Below, one piece after another: positions 19,067 through 30,105 of a DNA stretch of 64,000 bases. The stretch lies in NCBI GenBank assembly GCA_963778115.1, contig CAVZSV010000004.1:736001-800000 (forward strand), written 5' to 3'. The translations under genes were made by a program, and so were the position numbers. Position 1 is the stretch's first letter. Every line of letters starts with the position of its first letter. Source of the DNA: an uncultured delta proteobacterium. Lineage in GTDB: Bacteria; Bdellovibrionota; FAC87; UBA2466. A model generated the notes under the pieces. That model saw only the letters and a list, made by a program, of their open reading frames with translations. It made no database searches and had not been told where the DNA came from.

Positions 19067-21254
19067 ATGGTGGGGGACTGGACTCACGGACTAAATGAAG
19101 AGCAAAAGGTTGCCGTGTTGCACAATCACGGGCCACTATTGATATTAGCCGGTGCCGGAAGCGGAAAGACTACCGTTCTGGTGTCTCGAGCCGGCAGATT
19201 ACTCGACGATCAGGTCGTTACCGCTAATGAATTGTGCGTTCTTACTTTCACCAATAAAGCGGCAAGAGAGTTAAAGGCCCGAGTCACGGCTAAGATTGGT
19301 TCCCGTGCCTCTAAAATTTGGGCAGGAACCTTTCACTCCTTCGGGCTTCAGCTGTTAAGAAGATTTTATCGTAAAGCAAACCTAAGCGAAGGTTTTGGAA
19401 TTTTGGATGCTAGTGATTCTGGCATGATCGTAAAAGAGATCCTGCGCGAGTTTCATTACGGAGGAAAGAGTGCCTACGATCCGGAGAAGCTTCTTTCAAT
19501 GATTAGCACCTGGCGAGAGGTAGGACGCGTCACGGCCGCTAATGATGATGAATACGAAGCTGCGGTCGAGTGGCTACTTCCCAAATACCTTAAACGTCTT
19601 GAGATGCTGGGGATGGTCGATTTTGATTCGCTGATTCTAAAGCCCGTAGAATTACTGCGCACAGATTCTGAGATAGCAAGCGCAGTGAGGCAGCAATATA
19701 CCCAGATCATGGTGGATGAATTCCAAGACACCAACCAGATGCAAATGAATCTGGTACGACAATTGGCCGAGCCCCACCGCAATCTCACGGTAGTGGGTGA
19801 CGACGATCAGTCCATCTATGCCTGGCGTGGGGCCTGTATCAGTAACATTCTTGATTTCCCGAAACTGTATTCAGGTTGCAAAGTGATTCGCCTCGAACGA
19901 AATTATCGTTCGACACCCGCCATTTTGAAACTCGCTAATAACGTCATCGCCAAAAACACCGAACGCCATCCCAAAGTTCTAAGATCAAGTGAATCGGCTG
20001 AGGAAGGACAGTTACCGGAGTTGATGGTCTTTGACACGGAAGATGATGAAGCCGAAAATATCTGTTCTGAAGCCGAAGAATTTATTCGACAAGGTTTCCC
20101 CAGAAAATCGATTGCCGTCCTTTACCGTTCGAACAGTCAGGGAGCTTTAATAGAAGCAGAACTTCGTCGACGACAGGTTCCCTATACGATAAGTGGGGGA
20201 ACCGCCTTTTTCGAATCGCAAAGAGACCCGTGATGTTTTGGCGTATTTGAGATGTGCACTAAAACCAAATGAAGTGGCTTTTCGTAGAATCCTCAATACC
20301 CCTCCGCGCGGGATAGGGGACAAGAGTGTAGAGCTGTTGACCACTTACTCCAGAGACAGAAACATTAAATTTCCGGAGGCCTCCAAACAATGGTACCAGG
20401 CTCAAGTGGAAGAACGGGCGGGAGCGGCCATCGAAGTACTGTGGGAAGAATTAAAAAATCTAATTCCAAATCTTCTCGACCCCGCGAGCCTCCCCGGGGC
20501 CAAGTTACTTCAGTACTTGGATAACATTGGTTACAAGAAGCACTTGGAAAAATATTCGGGTAATGCCCAAGTAGCAACGAAACGATGGCGCTATCTAGAA
20601 GTCTTTTCCGGGATCCTGGATCGATTTGTGGAGCGAGGCGGAAAAACTTCAGAAAGTATTCGAGAGTTCTTGGACGCCATGGAGTTAAGAGACTTGCTGA
20701 GCGGCAAGGAGGAAGATGAAGATCGAGTCCAGCTGCTTACCTTCCACGCTTGCAAGGGGCTTGAGTTCCCAGTGGTGCTCATGATTGGAATTGAAGAGGA
20801 TATTATTCCCCATAAGATATTGGGAACTAATCTCTCGGAGGAGAGGCGGCTCTTCTATGTGGGAATCACCCGTGCCAAGGAAAGACTTATCCTTAGCCGA
20901 GCGGAGAAGAGGCGCCGTCACGGCAAAGTCGTCCCTTCGCCGCCTTCGCGTTTTCTCATTGAGATAGCTCCGCACCTAGTCAAAGCTCACCAAGGGCCTC
21001 GGCCGTTGAACGAAGATCGCCGTAAATCGATGATTGCCGACCTATTTAAAAAGTTAGATACCCTGGGAAGTACGCCTGCCACTTCAGGCCTCACTTCTCT
21101 CCCCACCCTAGCTCAAAAAATGGATCGTAATCCTGGGGGTTCAGCCGAGACTGTTCCAGAAAAGTCACCGTCCGAGCCCGCGCCTCCTGCGAGGTGGGAT
21201 CCGGCACAGACGTTGCTATCGGAACCAAACCCTCTACCGTCCGAAGATAGTTAA
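19067..21254 (+). CDS. Rep/UvrD/PcrA SF1 helicase split by a +1 frameshift at about 20214
   Basis: LAGAGSGKT, TFTNKAA, DEFQD, VGDDDQSIY, LERNYRS in ORF1; TFHACKGLEF and EERRLFYVGITRA in ORF2. Removing one A from GAATCG restores FFDRKE. Confidence 0.93.
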
Positions 21255-22224
21255 GGCGACCCACGACCAAAGCATAAACGCGCTCTAAGTCTTTCGCATT
21301 TTGTTGAGGGCGTACTGAGCGGAGTTCTGCTGTTTCGGCGAACGTGTAAAAATTGATGGCGGCGTCCTTTCGTTTGGAGCTGACTCCTTTTTCCAAAGCG
21401 TCGTTAGTGATTCGATCGTAAATTTGGTCTTGAATCCAGGCACCACCAGGATCTCTGCCTCGTGCGTAGAGTTCGTCATACTCGGCGATAATTTTTCGAA
21501 ACTCAGCGTCGTATTCGGGTCCTAGATCAATGGGTAGCGGAGCTTGTCCGCTTTTTCGAGAGCGAAGAAACGGGTAATGGATCTGGGGATTATTAAAATA
21601 GAGATCCACCAGAAAGTTTCGCAGCAGCCTTCCGTCCCAACCAAAGGCCGCTTTCTTATCGAAGTGAACATGGCCGCCCCCCGTGTCTTCGTAGGGGGTG
21701 TGGCCAAGACGAGCCATCTGGTCAAAGATAAATTGAATCTTGCCTCTCTGACGTGGGAATTCAGAATAGGGCAACGGCGTTCCCGTGACCTCGATCACTT
21801 TTCGTCTCTTTCCGTCCGGCTTAAATATCAATTGAATGGGGGGCGATCCATTTTCACCTAGAAACGTCACCGTAAAGGCACGATCTCTTGTGAAATCGCC
21901 GTACGGGAGATCCCCACCTCCCTGCTCGCCCACTCGAAAGCCATTATCGGGCGTTAGCCGCGCCAATTCACGATGTATGCGATCTAAGTCCGGATTAACC
22001 AACTCGCCTGCTCTAAAAGTGAGTTCCATACCCAGCTTTGGATTGAGATCTCCAGGCAAGGGGCTCCACAGAGGTTTCTCATAGGGCGTTTGCCAAACCG
22101 GAAGGGGAACTGCAGCCTGTGCGGAAAAGCAGTCCGCAGATACTATGTTATCCGCCAAAGTCTGATGCGGCAGCCACAACGATGCAAAGAGGATAAACGA
22201 GAATTGCCTCAAAAAAGCCAACAT
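21091..22224 (-). CDS. Secreted amidoligase (COOH-NH2 ligase) fold protein
   Basis: Signal peptide; LGMELTF, IEVTGTP, TGGGHVHF, AINF, TAELR. Confidence 0.62.
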   Translation of the reverse strand: MLAFLRQFSFILFASLWLPHQTLADNIVSADCFSAQAAVPLPVWQTPYEKPLWSPLPGDLNPKLGMELTFRAGELVNPDLDRIHRELARLTPDNGFRVGEQGGGDLPYGDFTRDRAFTVTFLGENGSPPIQLIFKPDGKRRKVIEVTGTPLPYSEFPRQRGKIQFIFDQMARLGHTPYEDTGGGHVHFDKKAAFGWDGRLLRNFLVDLYFNNPQIHYPFLRSRKSGQAPLPIDLGPEYDAEFRKIIAEYDELYARGRDPGGAWIQDQIYDRITNDALEKGVSSKRKDAAINFYTFAETAELRSVRPQQNAKDLERVYALVVGRLNYLRTVEGLVPIATSVPDPTSQEARARTVTFLEQSRLNPQDYDPFFELGWGEK

Positions 22225-22403
22225 GATTGTTTGTATCTATTTGAAATAATAAAGAAACTGTTATTGAACCTCGGGGCTCCTCCCTATTTTAACTGATCCA
22301 CCGATCTCTAACGTGGACTTTATGAGATTTAGCCATCGACGTCGCCTTTGTAAGCGACACTTATCAATTGTCATTCGCCAGAGGCGCGTCTAGTCTTCGC
22401 GCC

Positions 22404-22943
22404 ATGAAACGACTTTCGCGCAAGAAGTGTCCGGTCAATCCACTAAGCGATGAAATCGGGGAGTTCATCGCCTATTGGGGGTTTAAGCGAGTGCATGGGC
22501 GGATCTGGACCCACTTGGTTGTCGCAGACAGACCGTTGGACGCAGGATCTTTAATGAAGAAGTTGGGAATCTCCAAAGCTTTGGTAAGCATGTCCGTAGG
22601 CGAACTGCTCCATTATCGGGTGATTCAGGAAGCCGGAAAAAGCGAGCGAGGCACTCAGCTCTATCGGGCAAACCCCAATTTTTGGGATGTCATCTTACAG
22701 GTGCTAAAAATTAGGGAGCGGGTAATGCTGCGAAGAATCAAAGGAGCTCACCGCTTGGTCGGCCGTCTCTCAAGTTCGCAACTTCGTGAACATGAACTCA
22801 GTACCGCCAATATTGAAGTCCTGGGAGATCTCATAGGTTCCGCCGGACAGGCGTTAGAACTCTTCTTACAAAAAATGCGTTTTGATCTCTCGCTGGCTCG
22901 TTCGCTTACGATTAAATCGGTCAAAGCAGCGGGGCAGCGTTAG
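22404..22943 (+). CDS. GbsR/MarR-family transcriptional regulator
   Basis: YWGFKRVHGRIW..L, LGISKALVSM winged HTH. Confidence 0.85.
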   Translation: MKRLSRKKCPVNPLSDEIGEFIAYWGFKRVHGRIWTHLVVADRPLDAGSLMKKLGISKALVSMSVGELLHYRVIQEAGKSERGTQLYRANPNFWDVILQVLKIRERVMLRRIKGAHRLVGRLSSSQLREHELSTANIEVLGDLIGSAGQALELFLQKMRFDLSLARSLTIKSVKAAGQR

Positions 22944-22955
22944 CTTACGGTTTTG

Positions 22956-23852
22956 CTACTTGGGAAATTCACCGTGATCGTAGAAATAGGTAAGTAGCGC
23001 ATCTTTTTCTTCATAGCGTTTGATAAGCCAACGAGCCAACCCTTCATCATCAGCGGGAAGTTCTTGAACCGCGAATCGGCGGACATAAACATGATAGGAG
23101 TTGGGCCACGCGGCCATCCATTGCCACAAGGAAGGGATGCCATCGGGATAGGCTATAGTAACATCATAGACCGCACTTATCGTGGGGGCCAAAGCGCGAG
23201 CCGCTGCGATAAAACCCTTCGTGCGAGGGATCAGCACGGCGTTGGGAAGTTTCAATCCCGCTTTCACAGCATAAGCCCTGCTCTGCTCGAACTTTTCTAA
23301 GGTCAAACGAGTTCCCTCGGGAAAGAAACAGAGCCAGACCGGAATTTTTTCCCGAATAAACTTACCGAATGTCTTTTCGATGTGGATTCGATCTTGCTCC
23401 CAATGCCTCTTCAGAAAGAGTGTGTCCAAAAACGTCAACCCCCACCCCAGGCCCGGAATGTAGCGCAAAGTATCTTTGGCAAACCACTTCATCCTGTTTA
23501 AGCAGCCGGCTTCAAGTCCCACCGAGAGAAGTGCCACGGTATCAGGCATGGATTCGTGATTAGCAATGACAAGTGCGTTCTCCTGACGAGGGGAATCATC
23601 CCCTGCCCTAACCCGCTTAATACCGTTCAGCCGTTCGCTCGCCCTAACACACCCCCCCCACCACCGGGCTGCCATCCCGCAGTTGATGCTTCGAAATAGT
23701 GTCCGCGAAAAGGGATAAACTAAAAGGCTTATGATCTGAAGGCAGTTACAAAAGACAAGACTAAGGAATAGGAGCAGGCCACAAAAAAACGCCCGGATGT
23801 TTCCAGTGATTCGGGCGAGACCGCTGGGGGGTTTCAAAAAACTTTGACGCAT
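22956..23852 (-). CDS. Lysophospholipid acyltransferase (PlsC/YihG-like)
   Basis: NHESMPD, FFPEGTR, LIPRTKGF, YDVTIAY. Confidence 0.9.
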   Translation of the reverse strand: MRQSFLKPPSGLARITGNIRAFFCGLLLFLSLVFCNCLQIISLLVYPFSRTLFRSINCGMAARWWGGCVRASERLNGIKRVRAGDDSPRQENALVIANHESMPDTVALLSVGLEAGCLNRMKWFAKDTLRYIPGLGWGLTFLDTLFLKRHWEQDRIHIEKTFGKFIREKIPVWLCFFPEGTRLTLEKFEQSRAYAVKAGLKLPNAVLIPRTKGFIAAARALAPTISAVYDVTIAYPDGIPSLWQWMAAWPNSYHVYVRRFAVQELPADDEGLARWLIKRYEEKDALLTYFYDHGEFPK

Positions 23853-23928
23853 AGAGAAACCAACCTCCCTACGCTACCTCAAACCCTCTTACTTTATGAG
23901 TACAATTTCACAGGCGCGCCATATTTGA

Positions 23929-25206
23929 GTGGCTTTGCCTACCTACTCTCGGACTGTGGGGCCGTTCTCAGTCCGATCAGTTTCAAAGCTATACCGGTGG
24001 GTAGTATTCGTTCTCTCGTTTGTCGCATCGAGTTGCTTTTCGGAATCGGGCTGCCCCACCCCTGCACAACTTCTAACGAAATGGGATTTGTGGTCTCACG
24101 GGACTTGTTTGAGGGGCGCTAATATCTGGCAAAAGGTAATCGACCCCACCGTTGATGGGACCACCCTAGGACCCGGCCCTGTCGGCCCTGCGCTTGAAGA
24201 TTCCGACTTTGCCACTCTGGCCTCCTGGGGTGCCAACTATGTCAACTTCTCGGTACCCGGCACCTACACCGAAACACCCCCTTATGTTCCCAACACCGAT
24301 GTGGTGGCGAGGCTCGATTCGCTCATTGCCGCTGCCACCAAAGCCAACCTCTTTGTCGTACTAAGTTTTCGCACCGGCCCTGGGCGAAATGAAGGGACAT
24401 TCAACGCTTCGACAAATACTAAGGTAAATAATCAAGTGTGGCGGAGTCGTAAGATCCAACAGGCATGGGCCGAGATGTGGAAATACACCGCCCAACGTTA
24501 CCGTTCGTATGCCAATGTGGTGGGTTACGATCTGATGGTCGAGCCCAATAGTAATGACGTTCTTCTTAAAATATATGACTCGCGAAAATTTTATCCTACC
24601 TATGCTAACTCGACATACGACTGGAATCCGCTGGCCCAAAGAATTACTCAAGCAATCCGCGCGGTCGATCCCAACACACCGGTATTGGTGGGAGCAATGA
24701 ACTATAGCGATCTGGATTGGCTATGGGCCTTAAAGCCCACCGGAGATTCCGAAACAATCTATACGGTCCATCCTTACCTCCCTACAAGTTACACGAACCA
24801 GTACCCCCCACTCACCGTGGCTTACCCCGGAAACATTCTCGATGATTCGGGAAATCCCGCGGTGTTTGATGAATCGTGGCTTCAATCCACTCTGCAGCCC
24901 TTCGTCGACTATCGACAAACCCAAAACGTCACCGTCGCCGTGAACGAATTCGGAGTCATGCGCTGGGAGACCGGAGCCGACGGATATCTGACGGACATGT
25001 TTTCTCTTTTTGAGAGTATGGGGATTAACCACGCCTATTGGCTTTGGGACACCGAGTATCCTATCCCCTTTGATGAATTCAATTTGCGCCACGGTCCGGA
25101 CTACAACAACCATGCCGATGTGACGACGAGTGCGGTGATCCAGGCGGTGAAAAGGGAGTGGAAATTGAACAGCGTGAGACCTAACGATGTGGTACTTATG
25201 CGATGA
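23929..25206 (+). CDS. Secreted glycoside hydrolase family 5 protein
   Basis: WGANYV, YDLMVEP (acid/base Glu), IRAVDP, TVHPY, VNEFG (nucleophile Glu). Start uncertain. Confidence 0.85.
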   Translation: MALPTYSRTVGPFSVRSVSKLYRWVVFVLSFVASSCFSESGCPTPAQLLTKWDLWSHGTCLRGANIWQKVIDPTVDGTTLGPGPVGPALEDSDFATLASWGANYVNFSVPGTYTETPPYVPNTDVVARLDSLIAAATKANLFVVLSFRTGPGRNEGTFNASTNTKVNNQVWRSRKIQQAWAEMWKYTAQRYRSYANVVGYDLMVEPNSNDVLLKIYDSRKFYPTYANSTYDWNPLAQRITQAIRAVDPNTPVLVGAMNYSDLDWLWALKPTGDSETIYTVHPYLPTSYTNQYPPLTVAYPGNILDDSGNPAVFDESWLQSTLQPFVDYRQTQNVTVAVNEFGVMRWETGADGYLTDMFSLFESMGINHAYWLWDTEYPIPFDEFNLRHGPDYNNHADVTTSAVIQAVKREWKLNSVRPNDVVLMR

Positions 25207-25257
25207 GATTGCGGAGCCTGTTGCGAGATCATCCTCGAGCGTCGTAACGGCCCTCTG

Positions 25258-26280
25258 CTAAGCCAGCGCTTGAATCAATTCCAATTGTTCCTGTAAGTCA
25301 CTCACCTGCTCGCCCCAGTATCTTGCAGTTCCAAATTGGGTGAAGGTGCGGGTGAAAGCAGGATCGTTCCAGCGCTTGGCGATCCAAGCACTAAAGTGGA
25401 TAAAGCGTAACGCTCGTAACGGTTCTACCAGACGCAAGGAATCCCAATCAAACTCTCGCATCTGTTCGTAGCCCTTGACCATCTGGTTCATCTGTCGAAC
25501 GCTCTGTTCGTCACGACCCGGTACCAGAAGCCACAAGTCTTGAACGCACGGGCCCCGAACCATGTCATCGAAGTCGACGAAAAAGGCACCTTCACCGCCC
25601 CAGAGAAGATTTCCCGGATGGCAATCGCCGTGAATCCGTTGCATCTTGGTCTTGGCAAACCACGGTTCGATAATGCGGCAAATGTCTTCTACCAGTTGCT
25701 TATAACGATCGCGGATGTCACTAGGCAGCGAGCCCGACTGAAGTAAGTAGTTCAAATTTTCCTGCCCATAAGAGGCGGGGTTCAAAGAGATCCGATGAGG
25801 AGCTTCTTTCGTGGCACCGACATTATGCATCCGAGCAAGTAAGCGGCCGATTTGCTCTAACTGTTCGGGATTTAATTCGTCGGGAGATCTTCCTCCCACT
25901 TTAGGAAAGACGGTGTACCAGATTCCAATCCCAGGCACTTGATGAAGCGTTGTTCCGTCGCTAAAGGGCAACGGCGCCACGGCCGGAATTTCTGCCTCCT
26001 TAAGATCTTTTAGAAACTGATGCTCTTCTAGAATTTGAGTTTCCGTCCATCGTCCTGGGCGATAAAACTTTACGATACGAAAACGCTCACTGGGAGATTT
26101 AAGAACCTGACCTTCGTCAATCTCTAGCTCCACTTCATACACGCGATTTTCCATGCTGTTTAGCGTAAGACAGCGGCCAGTGCAGCGGAATCCGGAAGCC
26201 TCAACAGCATCCAAAATGCGTTCTGGTGTGAGTTCGAAGAAAAACTTCGTCTCGGCACTTCCCCAAGCGAACGAAGACAT
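25258..26280 (-). CDS. srkA: Stress-response Ser/Thr kinase (SrkA/RdoA/YihE)
   Basis: LNSMENRVY, KFYRPGRW, IHGDCHPGN, VDFDD, QDLW, WIAKRWNDPAF. Confidence 0.93.
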   Translation of the reverse strand: MSSFAWGSAETKFFFELTPERILDAVEASGFRCTGRCLTLNSMENRVYEVELEIDEGQVLKSPSERFRIVKFYRPGRWTETQILEEHQFLKDLKEAEIPAVAPLPFSDGTTLHQVPGIGIWYTVFPKVGGRSPDELNPEQLEQIGRLLARMHNVGATKEAPHRISLNPASYGQENLNYLLQSGSLPSDIRDRYKQLVEDICRIIEPWFAKTKMQRIHGDCHPGNLLWGGEGAFFVDFDDMVRGPCVQDLWLLVPGRDEQSVRQMNQMVKGYEQMREFDWDSLRLVEPLRALRFIHFSAWIAKRWNDPAFTRTFTQFGTARYWGEQVSDLQEQLELIQALA

Positions 26281-26284
26281 CAAA

Positions 26285-27142
26285 TCACCTCAAATCCGAC
26301 TTTAGGCTGGCTGAGTGGTATTCCAAATGCTCTTCGATAAAGCTAGCGATGAAATAATAACTGTGGTCATATCCCGGCCTACGACGAACCTCCAGGGGAT
26401 AACTCAATTCTCGGCAGGTGGCTTCAAAGCGATCGAGCCCCAATTGAGGTTTAAGAAATTTGTCATCTTCACCCTGATCGATACGAATCGCAATGGGACT
26501 GCGGACGGTGCGAACCAATTCATTGGCGTCATACTGTGCCCATTTCTTTCGATCTTCCCCCAAATACTGAGAGAAGGCCTTCTCACCCCACGGGCAGTGA
26601 GAAGGAGCACAGATCGGAGCAAATGCCGATACCGAACGATAAAGGCCGGGATGGCGAAGGGCCAAAACTATCGCTCCATGCCCTCCCATCGAGTGGCCAA
26701 AGATCGATTGTCTGTCCTTGAACACCGGAAAATTATTTTCCACGATCTGTCGTAACTCACGCGTCACATAAGTCTCCATGCGGTAGTTGCGCGCCCACTT
26801 GCCTTCAGTGGCATCGACATAGAATCCGGCTCCCACTCCTAAATCCCATTCTTTGTCCTCGCCCTCAACTGCGGCCCCTCTTGGACTTGTATCGGGAGCA
26901 ACCAGCAAACATCCCAGTCGAGAAGCCACCCGCTGAGCCCCGGCTTTGGTGATAAAATTCTCTTCGGTGCAGGTAAGGCCCGATAGCCAATACAAGACCG
27001 GTACCGGACCGTGCTCCGCCTGCGGCGGCCGATAGATCGCAAACTTCATCACCGTTTGTGTAGAAGAAGAAGGATGAGAATAAAGTTCCGTCCAGCCTTC
27101 AAAACTCTTAGAACGACTAACCTGCGTAAGTTCTGACATCAT
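26285..27142 (-). CDS. fghA: S-formylglutathione hydrolase
   Basis: WLSGLTC, PDTSPRG, GHSMGGHGA, GYDHSYYF; follows frmA. Confidence 0.95.
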   Translation of the reverse strand: MMSELTQVSRSKSFEGWTELYSHPSSSTQTVMKFAIYRPPQAEHGPVPVLYWLSGLTCTEENFITKAGAQRVASRLGCLLVAPDTSPRGAAVEGEDKEWDLGVGAGFYVDATEGKWARNYRMETYVTRELRQIVENNFPVFKDRQSIFGHSMGGHGAIVLALRHPGLYRSVSAFAPICAPSHCPWGEKAFSQYLGEDRKKWAQYDANELVRTVRSPIAIRIDQGEDDKFLKPQLGLDRFEATCRELSYPLEVRRRPGYDHSYYFIASFIEEHLEYHSASLKSDLR

Positions 27143-27143
27143 A

Positions 27144-28268
<1,125 letters not shown>

Positions 28269-28436
28269 CTAAGGAAAATACCCTACCACCGGGCTCACCG
28301 GCATTCAATATCGGCGATAGTAGGCGGTGATGACGAGAGAAAGTGTTGGGCGTCATCTGTTCCCGCACCCTCATGACGACCAAAGGGCGCTCCTTTTATA
28401 ATCGAAAGCAGCCAGACAATTGCCAAAGGCCCAAAT

Positions 28437-29894
28437 CTAATGGTGACTCCTCACGACCATTAACTTTATTTCCGTCATATCCTGCATCGCGAAACGGATC
28501 CCCTCGCGTCCAAATCCGCTGTCCTTCACTCCACCATACGGCATGTGATCCACGCGAAATGACGGGACATCGCCGATAATGACCCCTCCGACTTCCAATT
28601 CATTCCAAGCTTGTTCGGCGCGGTAGAGGTCTCTGGTGAACACGCCGGCCTGAAGGCCAAACCGGGAACGGTTAACCTCGGCAAGAGCTTCGTCAAAACT
28701 CTTGAAAGATTGAAGAATGGCCAGCGGTCCAAAGGCCTCTTCGCAGGAGAGTTTCTCGGAGTCAGGCACGTTCTCAAGAAGCGTGGGCGGTACTACCGCT
28801 CCCACTCTATTTCCCCCGACTAAGCACTTGGCCCCTGCGGCCTGGGCACTTTTAATCCATTTTTCCACCCGAACGGCCTCCGCTTCACAGATTAGCGGTC
28901 CGACAACGGTCTCTTCCAGACGAGGATCCCCGCTCTTTAGCTGCTTCACCGCGAGAACAAAGCGGGTGCGAAACGCATCGTAAATGGATTCATGGATTAA
29001 GATTCGCTGAACGCTAATACAGCTCTGTCCCGAATTAGAGAAAGTACCGATGATAAGTCGCTGAACGGCATCTTCTAAGTCTTTCCATGTCTCGTCCACG
29101 ACACAAGCCGCGTTTCCGCCCAACTCCAAGACGACCCGCTTCTTGCCCGCGCGGTTCTTAAGGTCCCACCCCACCGCGGGGGATCCGGTGAAACTTAAAA
29201 GCTGAAGTCTCGCGTCGGTCGTGAAACGCTCCGCTCCATCACGAGCACAGGGAAGAACAGAAAAGGTACCCTCAGGAAGAGAGGTCTCCGCCAAAATCTC
29301 GGCCAAAAGAATGGCGCTTACGGGAGTAAAGCTTGCGGGTTTGAGTATGAAGGGGCATCCGACGGCAATTGCCGGGGCAATCTTGTGGGCGCTTAGATTC
29401 AAAGGAAAGTTAAAGGGCGCGATAAAAGAACAGGGGCCAATGGGAAAGCGCTTCCATTGCCCCGTATACCCACTCGCCCGAGAGGATATGTCCATCGGTA
29501 AAACCTCGCCGACCATTCGAGTCGCCTCTTGCGAAGCGATACGAAACGTATCGATAAGCCGAGTGACTTCGCCCTTGCTATCCCTGAGAGGTTTTCCCGC
29601 TTCCCCGCAGAGAACTTCGGTGAATTCGGCGGCTCGGCTTTCGATCTGGTTCGCGCAGTGGCGTAAGATCTCAGCCCTTTCATAGGATGAAAGTCTCGCT
29701 AGCGGACGCACCGCTTCCTGGGCTTTGGCAATCGCGGTGTCGATGGCTGTATCATCCGCCAAGGCAACGCGCGTTAGTTTCTGTCCGCTAAATTTATCGG
29801 TGACGACGAGATCCTGATTGGGGGCCACCGCGCGATTGGCCAAGTAGAAGGGATAACTCTCTTTCCATTTAAAGCCGGAAGAAGGGGCGGTCAT
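28437..29894 (-). CDS. Aldehyde dehydrogenase family protein
   Basis: PFNFP, FTGS, LELGGN, GQSCIS, EEAFGP, PYGGVKDSG. Confidence 0.95.
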   Translation of the reverse strand: MTAPSSGFKWKESYPFYLANRAVAPNQDLVVTDKFSGQKLTRVALADDTAIDTAIAKAQEAVRPLARLSSYERAEILRHCANQIESRAAEFTEVLCGEAGKPLRDSKGEVTRLIDTFRIASQEATRMVGEVLPMDISSRASGYTGQWKRFPIGPCSFIAPFNFPLNLSAHKIAPAIAVGCPFILKPASFTPVSAILLAEILAETSLPEGTFSVLPCARDGAERFTTDARLQLLSFTGSPAVGWDLKNRAGKKRVVLELGGNAACVVDETWKDLEDAVQRLIIGTFSNSGQSCISVQRILIHESIYDAFRTRFVLAVKQLKSGDPRLEETVVGPLICEAEAVRVEKWIKSAQAAGAKCLVGGNRVGAVVPPTLLENVPDSEKLSCEEAFGPLAILQSFKSFDEALAEVNRSRFGLQAGVFTRDLYRAEQAWNELEVGGVIIGDVPSFRVDHMPYGGVKDSGFGREGIRFAMQDMTEIKLMVVRSHH

Positions 29895-30105
29895 GGTGCC
29901 TCCGCAATTAAAAGGTGTTCATACCACTCTAAACATAGCGGCGAAAGTTGTTAGGTTTGTTTTACACACAGGGCCATTTAACGTCTGATAACGCCCATTA
30001 AGCCAGCTCTTCTAGAGTGCGTCCAGCGGTGGTAGAATTTTGAGCACAATGGGTTTCTGCCGCGATAGCGGCAATTCCACACTTTAAGAAAGTCGCTACA
30101 AAAGG

